Shown here: positions 28,361 to 39,000 of the stretch, piece after piece | Numbering within the stretch: position 1 is the first letter of the stretch | Layout of the letters: every line of letters starts with the position of its first letter | Program-made: the position numbers and the translations under genes | The notes under the pieces: model-generated | The model's input: the letters and a program-made list of their open reading frames with translations, nothing else | Databases searched by the model: none | Told to the model about the DNA's origin: nothing | From: Vitrella brassicaformis CCMP3155 | Lineage: Eukaryota; Protista; Chromerida | Reading direction: 5' to 3' | Length of the DNA: 64,000 nucleotides | Assembly: GCA_001179505.1 (NCBI GenBank) | Contig: CDMY01000061.1 | Span: forward strand, 124,001-188,000

Positions 28361-30018
28361 ATGTCGGCCGTACCTATGCTCCTCGTTGTTCTCCTCGAGC
28401 TCTCTGCTGGCCCTTGTGTGGATGGGGAAATACTCAAGTCCAATCGGAGGGGTTTGAGCCGTCTGCAGCTGAGGGAGGCATCACACCCTGCGGCAGGCCC
28501 CTGTGCCATGCCTGCAGCGGTGACAGGTGCACCGTCACTCCACCGCCCTCTGAAAACCAGAGAGTATTTTCTGCTGTTGGGGCTGGGCTTTGCTCTGCAT
28601 TGCAGGTCATCGCGGGTCTGGTTGTTCTGTCCCCGGATGCCCCAGCAAGGCGGGTGTGCCCGAGAAGAGTATGGCCGCCTTTGTCGAGGCAGCGATGCTG
28701 GGCATTGACGAGGTCGAGCTGGATGTGTGGCTGACCAAGGACAACAGGTTGCTGGTCTTTCATGGGGGCGAGTCCTACGACGGCGGGTGAGCTCTGAGCA
28801 CTGCAGAATTCTTAAGGACAGCCATCATTCCCTGAATGTGTCTCGCTGTGTTCCCATGCAGTGTGCTGAGCGAGACGGTCGTGGCGCCGCGGACGGTTAA
28901 GGTCGAGGAGTCGACGTACGACGAGATGGACAAGGCGGGTCACCTGTATCTCCGCGTGCCGTGGGTCGAGAGTGTGCGCAAGCTGCCCCAGTACTGCGAC
29001 AAGGCCGTCGAGCTCCCCGTGGCCGACTACGCCAAGGCCTCTGCCACCGAGAAGCAGACCTTCAGCGAGGCCTACGAGAAGGACACCACCGTGGCCACTT
29101 ACAAGGGCGAGAAGCTCAAGGTCCCTCTGCTCGAGGACGTCTTCCACACCTTCTGCAGACCAGAGTGCCCCCTCCGCCTGGCATTCAACGTCGAGATCAA
29201 GGGCAGCAAGCCACAGGCGACCACAGAGGTGCTCAAACTCGCCGAGAAATACGGAGGCCGCGAGTGCGTCCGAAAGATCTCGTCCTTCTCATGGCTGCCG
29301 CCCGACAACGCACAAACGCTCTGCAACGACCAGAAATGGAAATCCAAAACTGGTAGGGACGACAATGAATGCAGTACTTATTGCAGACAAAGACAGACAC
29401 TAGCAGCGGTGTGTCTCGTTGGGCTGTATGTGTTTCTCTCTGTGTGTGTTTCTCTCTGTTAGAGCTGACCCAGGCCGAAGTGGAGCAGTGCCCCAACGGG
29501 TTCGTGCCCGCGGACCTGCTGGCCAACGCCAAGAACGGCATGGGCATTGAGATCGGCGTGCTGTTCAACCGCGGCCCCGCCAAGGCCCACCTCCCCAGCA
29601 GCGACCGGATGGTGGCCATCCTGCACCACTTCTCAGCCAACTGGGCCCACGTCACCTACAAGGCCCAATTTGAGAGCTGGGACCGCACCGTCGCCCTCCA
29701 CAAGGCCAACAAGAAGGTGCTGGGAGGGGGAGGGGGAGAGGGAGACACAGAGGGGGAATCTTCTCCCGTCTCTCCTGTCCTGTTTGTGTGTTACGTAAGG
29801 TGTTGGCGTGGTACGGCGGCCACGCTGAGGACTCCCTTGAGACGTTCGAGGAGCAGGCTGCCCACGGTGTGGACGCTCTGTGCTGCAACCAAATCGAGGA
29901 CGCCATCCTCGAGTTCTGCCACCTGAACCAGACCGCCTCCCATGGCCAGCAGCAGCAGCACGAGATGCTGATCCCCGTGCCCGTCTCCGCGCCTGGGGTT
30001 CTCGTCATGGGCATGTGA
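28361..30018 (+). CDS. Glycerophosphodiester phosphodiesterase (GDPD), copy B, signal-peptide-like N-terminus
   Basis: MSAVPMLLVVLLELSA leader, then VTG|HRG, PEKSMAAF, VELDVWLTKD, FNVEIK and DALCCNQ. The ATG at 27329 is the same start in the partial duplicate. Confidence 0.92.
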
Positions 30019-31005
30019 GCGAGCCCAACGATCGATTGCCAGAGAACTAATCGGTACATGACATCAGCAATTTGTGTGCTGAGCTTGAATGGACGTCATT
30101 CGTTCACCATGCGTGTGTCTGATTGATGGATGGACGCGTTGTTGCGAATGAGTCAAAGCGGGGGACACGCAGCCCGTCCTTACTGTGAAGGTCTCTCTTC
30201 CTCGTCAGTCCCCTCACCCCGATCTGCATAAAGACACGAAAAATCTCCGCACACATGTTCGTCCGTCCATGGGAGACAGCTAGATGTGGAAAAAGGGGAA
30301 GTCAGTCAGTCAGTCATCGGCCGACTAGAAAACCTCACACGGCAAATGGGAGAGAGAATAGACACACGCGCAGAGACGGTATGGTGAGACACGGACAGTC
30401 CATGGAGCCGGACAGACAGCCAGCCAGCCAGCCAGCTGTCCTTTCTCCCAGCCAGCCCCTACTATAAACAAACACGTACACAGCGTGGATCTCTCATGTC
30501 ATGAAGTCAGTGCAGTGCACTCAGTGAGGTGAAAGCATCGCTCTCTTCTTCTGCTGTCTCCTCCAAGCTATCTGTCTGTCAAAAACACCAACGAGGCAGA
30601 CACATACAGACACATACACAGATTCATTGTATGTGTGTTCATTGGTTCGTCCAGTCAGTGCAGTCGATCGGACCAGCCACTACAAAACCTCGCGCACACA
30701 CCTTGTTGCAATGCAGATACTCACCTCACCCATAAAGCATCTCTCCATCCACTAGAAACACATCCCTCACCGACACACATGCACTCACACATGCACTCAC
30801 TCACTCAGGCTCTCTCCCACACGGACACACACGCAACCAACAAGCTGATGACCTACTGAGCAAAACAAGCCATCCAAACCATCGGTCGCAGATGGGATGG
30901 ACACACCGCCTCGATGACACGCAACACACGACACGGCACGGCAGCACCCGACCCTCCCTACTCACCCCCCTCTCTCTCCGCCACTCCACTCACTGTCACC
31001 CATCC

Positions 31006-33211
31006 TCAGCCCGTCACATCATCAATCAGCTTCGAGTGGGGCAGCACGTGCACCCCCCAGTTGTCCATCATATACTGGTACGGCCCCTTGTTCATCGGGA
31101 ATGGCAGGCACGACGGCGCCCGCACGATGACGTTGTCGGTGAGAGGCACGCCGAGCTTCTCGACGCGTGTGCCGGGGTAGAAGTCCCAGCTGCTGGCGCA
31201 CATGGGGGTGTAGGCCAGGGTGCCTGTCGATGAGAAGAAGACGTAGTCGACGTGGTGTTTGTCGTGGGTCAGGGTCACGATGAAGGTGCCCTTCTCGTTG
31301 GTCGACGCCCAACGCATGTCGACGTTGGACGCCACACGGGCAGCATCGTTGAAGTCCTGCAGATATCGCATCCACACACACACACACACACACGGTCAGA
31401 TACAGATTTCCTCCCTGCCTCCCGGCCTCCCTCCCTCCCTCTCTCCCTTTGTCATTAATGTGTCGTCACCATGGGTGCAAAGTTCATGGTGCTCTCAGCG
31501 CCGCCCGAAAACGTCCCCACTGTGAACTCCGCAGCCACCACATCCCCCTTGACCCCATCAGTCGCCTCGGTCTCACCACTCACACCAGCCACCTGCAGCA
31601 CACGCAGGTGCTGTGTGTGGTCCAGCCGACGACCGCCGGCGCCGCTAGCACTGGTGTTGTTCGCTGCAGTGGCGTTGCTGCCGCTGCTGGCGGCGGCGCT
31701 GGTGGTTGGTTCGCGGAGCATGCCGACAAACGACTCGTGCATGTCGCTGGCGTACACGGCTGCGTTGCCGTTGGCTCCTGCGAGGGCTGACAGCAGACGA
31801 TCACGCTCATCCGTATAACCCTGAAGGAATGACATACAAACAGACAAAGAAGAAACGTCCAAATGTCTGGCCATCTCCATCAGTCCACTCATCATGTGTG
31901 TGTGTGTGTGTGTGTGGACCCACCGCACCTGCCAGCCGTCGAATGACCAGTTGATTTTGTATCTGGCTGCGGCCTGGCCCGCACGGGCCTGGTCCAGCGT
32001 GGCGTCGTCGAGGTCGGTGCACTGCTTGTACTGGATTCTCTTGGCGTGGGGGAAGGTCTGGTGGTTGCACACCTGCGGGCTCTCAGCGATGCCCATGAAG
32101 TTGTCAAAGGCCTCCTGCATGCAGACAGACAGACAGACAGACAATGTGTGTGTGATGTGTGGTGGCTGCCCGTGCTTGGTGTGTGTGCGTGGGTACCGTA
32201 CCTGCCACATGGCTGCGGTGACCATGTCGCCCTCTGCCTTTTTGTTGGCAATGGCGGCCTCGTGGTCGAACCACCAGAGATCCTGGACCACCTGCTGCTG
32301 ACCCACCAGCAGCCACGTCTTTTCACACACACACACACAGAGAGACAGAGAGAGAGAGAGAGGGGAGGAAGCGTGTGCATCCAGACAAGCTGGTTGCTGT
32401 CCCTCTCTCTCCCTGGCTAACCGTGTTTGTCGCGAGCATCTCCTCGATCTGCTCCTTGACGAAGTCGATCTGGTGGTCCCCAATCATGTGCCCCTCCGGC
32501 CTCCGACGGAAAACATCAATCAGCTGCTTGTACTCAATCAGCTGCTGCTCGACCTCAGACCCCTCCCACTCGTCATAAGGCGTGTCACCGAGGATGTCCA
32601 AGACGTTCTCAAGAATGGACTCGAACTCGTCGCTGAAGACCTTGAAGGGAAAATCGGGGTCCTCCGGGTCGCGTGGCGGGTTGCTGTTGGTGCGGGCAGT
32701 CATACGGTTCTCGAGCATGACGAGTCTGGCGAGGTCGCCGAAAGGGAAGGCGCGGTAGATGTGGAAGCCGCGCTCGTTGCCCTCCTCGTCGACCTCACGG
32801 GTGGGTTGGTACTCGTACCATGCTTTCAGCGCTACACGCTTTCGCGTCTCGAAGTTGTCGCCCTCCAACGTGACATTGTGGTTGCGGGAACCTGCACGCA
32901 CGAAGAGCATAGACAAGCGCACCCGTCACCCACCCCTTCCGCCCCTCCCTCCCTCCCTCCCTCCCTGAGAGTGTGTGTGTTTGCACCGACCGTTCATGTA
33001 CGAGTTGTCCGCAAACTCATGGTCATCCCAAACGCCAATCATGGGTGCCGATGCAGAGATGGCCTGCAGGCCGGGGTCTCTCCGGTAGCTGGCATAGCGG
33101 TCGCGGTAGTCCTGCAGCGTGAAGACCTCTCCTGAGATCTTGTAGGTGTCAAAGTGATCGGTCTTGTTGTCACGCGACGGCTTCACATGCGCGTTGGGGA
33201 TCCTACACATA

Positions 33212-33252
<41 letters not shown>

Positions 33253-34057
33253 ATTCACATACACACACATTGGCGCACACAGACACCGACAGACAGATGG
33301 GAGTGACTGACTGGCTGGCTGACCAGTCAAATTCCTGGTGTGGGACGATTTCCGGCGCCAGTGCAATGCGGGAGTACTCGTAAATGAAGTCACCAAGGTG
33401 AAGCCAGAAGTCCAGTTCATACCGCGACGCACTGCACACAGACACATCCGCACAGACACATGCATCCCTGTTCCCTGCCTGCATCCCTGTCCCTCTCTGC
33501 CCGTGCTCACAAGTCATAAGCCGAGAAGTATGATGGGCCCAGGTCGGTGCAGCCGAATGCCGCGTATTTGATGCGCTCCATGAACTCGCCAGCGGGCATG
33601 GGCAGCTTGAACCGGCCCACAGGCGACACCACGCCGCCGACGATGAAGCGGAAGAAGAACCGTTTGCCTGACTCCAGGCCCGTGACGTCCACCTTGACGG
33701 TCCAGTCTCGGCTCCCATCCGTTGTGAAGGTGCCGTTCTTGGCCACCTCGGAGAAGTCCTCGAAACGAGAAACCTCCCAGCTCACTGTCACACTCTCGTC
33801 GCCTGCACACAGCGATCCATCCAAATCAACACAACACAGTGTGTGTGAATGGGTGTCTTGGGGGCTGAGTGAGTGTCTCATTCACGTGGCGGGGCCTCGG
33901 TGGATCTGATGGTGACGCGCGTCCAGATGATGACGGCATCAGGAAGGGGGTCTCCAGACGCCACACCATGGTTGAACGAGGCAGTAATGTCGGCAGATAC
34001 GCAGCACAGCGACGCGCATGCCAGCAGGGCCAGGGCGGCAGATTCAGAGATCTTCAT
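31006..34057 (-). CDS. phoD: Alkaline phosphatase D (PhoD family), secreted
   Basis: Signal peptide MKISESAALALLACASLCCVSA, then FNHGVASGDPLPDAVIIWTR, DWTVKVDVTGL, LHLGDFIYEY, YRDRYASYRRDP, VWDDHEFADN, AWYEYQP, FGDLARLVMLENR, WSFDGWQGY and DMHESF. Confidence 0.96.
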
Positions 34058-34423
34058 GGCGTACAGTCGCCTTGAAAAGATAGACCCAGGGGGTTGGTGG
34101 GGTGGCTGGATCCGGCAAGATCCGGCAGGCGACGGCTGCGAGAGGATCGACTGAGAAGAAATTGAAGGCACCCTTCACAGATGCACGCTGCAGGGGCTCT
34201 CACTCAGGCAGGGCCACTGGAGTGGGCCGCGGAAGAAAGAAAGACCCGCCGCAGTGCGAGCTTGCAGCCTTGACATTCCGTGAAACCGCTCTCTTGCTTC
34301 ACACTGGGCGGCCTTCCTTCGTGTTGGACGTCCCCCTTTCATTTCAACGCCACCTTCAGACGGCCTTTATCTTTTTCCCGCGTGCCACAACCGGCCACAA
34401 CAGCAACTGATCACGGCCTTGCG

Positions 34424-35548
34424 ATGATGCTCCTGGAGACCCTTCCTGTCCTGCTGCTGCTGCTCATCGCTTCAGCGGACGCCTTTCGGATTCAGCCAAA
34501 GGCGGCGAATGACGCACGCGCAGCTCTCTCCCTACCCGGCGCATCTCTTTCCCACCCGCCAAGACCATCCCGCAGGACCCTGCACGTGGCACACAGCCTG
34601 CCCACCCTGAGCAAACAAGAGGCCGCCGTCACCAGCCAGGGAGAGCCAGCGGTGCTGGAGAACACATTGACGACCCGTGATCTTGACCCAGACGCCTACC
34701 TGCAGTTCCTCCGAGACGCTAATCTGAATGTCGCTCACTTCCGACGAGAGGCGCCGGGAGAGCTGGTGGCTTCGCTGCGGGAGCACAGCCACGGTGAGGG
34801 GTTTCCCAACATCCGGGGGCTGCATCTGCGGCGGAACGCGGTGGGGAGGGTGGTGGACGAGGAGCTGAGGGAGGGGGGGATGGACGCTGCTGCGAGGAGG
34901 GACCTCGTCAATGACATTCAGGTCAGTCAGTGAGTGTGTGAGTGGATGGGCGGGGAGGACGGCGGACAAAATGAATGCACTTGATGTGTTGACATGCAGG
35001 CCAACGTGGACTTCACAGTTCTGGGTGCGTCGCGGTACATGTCCTCCTCCTCCTCCTTTTCTGCGGACCAGCCCCAGTGCTGCTCAGTGGACACGGACCA
35101 GGTGGTGCTCAACTTCTACCGCACCGACCACACCATGTGCCCCAGGTGGCACTGCGATCAAGTGTTCCTGCGCCTGCTTCTCACATACCAAGGGCCGGGC
35201 ACCCAGTGGGCCCTCACAAGCCACACACGCACACCAACAGCCGCCGCCCCCCGCTTCTCCGTGGCCCAGTGGCTCGGCAGCAGCAAGACGACACAGACTG
35301 CCGCGGCCATGCAGCCGAGTGTGGATGCGCCCCAGCAGAGCGACCCGTTTGATGTCTTGGTGCTCAAGGGCGACTGGTTCCGGGATGTGGGGAGTGGCAG
35401 TGGGGGTGAGGGTGAGAAGGTGCGGTTTGCGAATGCAGCGCTGCACCGGTCGCCTGAGTTCCCTGTGGCTGACGGTGAGGGGGATGGTGAAGGGTTGGGG
35501 TACCGAGTGCTGCTGGCGGTGGATGTGCTGCTCAAGCATGAAGGCTGA
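34424..35548 (+). CDS. DUF1826-family protein with a bipartite (signal + ADAF) plastid-type leader; two exons
   Basis: Leader MMLLETLPVLLLLLIASADAFRIQP, then MCPRWHCDQVFLRLLLTYQGPGTQW, DVLVLKG and LHRSP, typical of DUF1826. Confidence 0.82.
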
Positions 35549-36089
35549 CAGACAGACAGACAGACCGGCGCGACTGAGGGGCGTGTGGCGTGTCGAATGC
35601 TTGATGCAATGCATGGCGTGTACGAGGGAAGCTAGCTGGGGCGTATTTGTCTAGCGCTGCGGGATCCCACCATCCATCAGCCATGTGCATGTCCATGCCC
35701 CCCGGGGCCGATGGCGGACCAAGATAGTGTGCCGTTTGAGGGGAGCAGCGACACACTACCTGGTCCGTTGTAGGCGACGTGGGAGGGAGGTGTGTGGCGT
35801 GGCGGTTGGTACAGTTTTGTCTCTTGAGTGTGTGCTGGCTGGCCAAGCCGAGACCACTGTTTGACGTCTGATAGTATGTCCACACATACACACATAAGCA
35901 CATTGAAATCAATCATGGCCATGCAGGACAGGCAGGGGTGGACACGCGTCTACACAACCAAGTCATGTTAGTCAGTCAAGTCACCGCCCCCCGTGGCGTG
36001 GCTACGACCGACCGACCGCCAGAACCGCCGCTACCTGGCATGCAATGCCTACGTCGATCCATCCATCCATCTCTCTTCTTTCCATCTCT

Positions 36090-39000
36090 CTAGCGCTCAG
36101 CAGGTGTGGCCAGCCTGACCTGCCGCTCATACCGCCGCACCATCTCACGACGCTGCTCGGCACTCAACAAATGATCTACCACACCCACGCCCACACCATG
36201 CTGCATACTGAGGGTGGGGGGCACCGGCTGTGGCTGTGTGTGTGCCGGGGGAGGGGGTGGCTGTGGGTGTAGTGGCGGAGGGGGAGAGGGTGTCTGTTTG
36301 GTGTGCATGAGGGGGTAGGATGGTGGTGTGGCTGTCGGTGGCGGCCTTTGGGGCCGCTGGATGGACGCCGACAGGTAACCATTGTAGTCCAACCTGACAC
36401 ACAACGAGACACAGACAGACAGACAGACAGAAAGATAGATAGACGTGACGTGCCTGTGCGGTGTGTATTTGTGATGTGTTGTGTGTCGTCGTGTCTGCGC
36501 CTTCCCACCCCACCGACCGCAGTAGCAGTTGTGCGAGTGTGTTGTTGGCGACGGCGACCGACTGCTCCTGATGACATGAGCTCAGCTCTTGGAACAACAG
36601 GCACAACCAACGGTCGAAGCTAGATCTGACATGCCACACACACACACACACACACACAGACAGACACCGAGCAGATGAATGCGACGCACACCCTCCAGAC
36701 TGGTCGGTGAGTCTTGGTTTCCTCACTCCATCATGTGTATGCGGCTTTGGAAGTTGGCCCAGCTCTTGCTGCTGCTGCTGCTGCCGTTGCTGTCTTCATC
36801 TCTGTCGGCGTGCGCCTCTGCCAGGGTGTGTGCGTGTGTGTGTACGGCCTCTGTGAACCGCCGGACGGCATCCACCAGCTCGAGAATGGCGCGATGCACC
36901 ACCGACAGGCGCAGGAAACAACGGCTGACATATATGCAGATCGTTTACCACACAAAGAGAGAGACACAGACACATCTGGCTGGTCTGGTGTGCGTGTGGC
37001 TGCGTGGCGTAGGTACGTCATGAGTACGGCCAGGAAGGTGTCGTGCGCCCTTTTGATGTCCTCGAAGTCCTGACTGTGCTCTATGCGGTGCAGCAGACCC
37101 AGGTACTCCTCCTGCGGTGCATTGCGTGCAGCAATCCACTGGATGGAGGCGTGAATTGAATGTGTGTGTCCCCTGCCCTGCTCACCTCGATGACGTCCTG
37201 CTGCAGGTACTGCAACACCTGGGACACAATGTAGCTCATGCGGCACCTGCACACACACACACACACACATGCACAATGAGAGATGATGAGGAACAACAAC
37301 ACCGCTGCTGCGTGTGGCCACCACCACCACCTGAGTAGCCACACGGGCGTCCATCGGTCCCGCCCCTGTGTGTGTGAGCGTGAGCGATCCTCCGTTGCTG
37401 GACCAGCGCTACTGCTACTGCTACTGCTACTGCCATGGGGCAACAAACTGGAAGGAAGACACAACGACGCAAGCCAGATTGTGTGTGTGGGGGGGGGGGG
37501 TCTTGGTCTTTGCGTGTCCATCCATCCATTGGCGGGGCGGTTGGCTGTCTGTCTGTCTGCTGGCGTCCGTGCGTACCGTCGTACGACGGAGCCGTCCTTC
37601 CACACCAGCTCCAGCTCATACTGAGCCTTCCTGCCACGCACAACACACACATCCACACACACACACCCCTGCGGACTGGACCGATTCATATGCAGTATGT
37701 CAGTGAGTCAGTCAGTCAGTCACCTGAGTGCCAGCAGGAAGGAGAACAGGGCGTTGTAGCTCTCGATGTTGCTGAATGAATGAATCGTGAAAACAAGGAA
37801 GATACTCACCCACTCCACTGCGGTGCGGTGTGTGTCTTGTGTGTTGGGAGGGGAGGCGGTAGCTCACGCACGCGTCGGAAATGACGAGTGGGATGGGCCA
37901 GGGGGGCGAATAGTGCAGCCGAACGTCCTGCCCGCACACACACACACAGACAAAATGATGAATGCCTCCCCTCCCCTCCCCCCTCGTGCGGTTCGGTCCG
38001 TATTCACCTGCCATGAAGGGGTGTGTTGTCTGTGTGCACCGCCCCTTAGTGCACCCCCTGGACCCCTGCTGCTGATACTGGTAGTGCCGCTGCTGCCGCT
38101 CCCGGCCACTGCCGCCTCGGCACACCCCTCGTGACGCCACACACGCACCTCAAACGGCCTGACGCACACACACACACACACACAAACCAATCGCACCTTC
38201 TCATACGTGGTGGTATTTGCGTCTGATCAACAGGCATACAGACCAGTCTTGTGTGGTGAAGGAAGCCGCATTGGGGTGCTGCTGCTGCTGCTGCTGCTGT
38301 TGGGTGACGAGGCGCAGTTTGGTCGCCGGTTGCGACGGTCTGCCGTTGAGGAGGGTGCTGTTGCTGGTGGTGGTGGGGCTAGGATGGCCGGGCGGCTCGA
38401 ACGACAGCGGGAGAGTCATCAGCCTGTACGTCGCGAAAAGAGAAATCACGCATTCACCTTCAAGTGTGTGTGTGTGTGTCTGCGTGTGTTTGTGTGCCCA
38501 CCCGACGAAGAGCGAGCCGAGGTCCAGCGATAGGACGGACGACAGCTGACAGACAGAAACACACCACACAACACAGCACAGCACAGCACAAGGGCAGTGG
38601 AGACCAGACGCGTGTGAGTGTGTGTGCTCAGGCACATTGATGGGTATCCTCAGGAGGGGGTCTTGGTCATCTTGCGCTGCTGCATCGGACGCGCTGTGCA
38701 TGGCGTCGAAATGCACCACCAAGTGGCCGCCACGCTCTCCACTGCCCACCTCATAAGCAACACTGGCGGAGCGGATCCGATTCGATGACACACACAAACA
38801 CACACACAGACATGGCCTGACACAGCACGGCTCAGGTCAGCTCAGCTCACCGTATCTGGCACTCGACAGACAGCTCACTACTGCCGTCTTGTGCGTGTGC
38901 CTCGACAGCCAGCGCGGTGACCTTGCCCTTGCCGCCCAGCCGATGAACACCTCTGCCTCCCCTCTGATGGTTGTCCTCCCCCTCCCCGTCCCCATTCCCC

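Noticed and set aside
27237-29000. Apparent third GDPD gene (tandem copy)
   Set aside because: The two segments flank a placeholder gap directly and differ by one visible base, which is best explained by scaffold overlap or a second haplotype.
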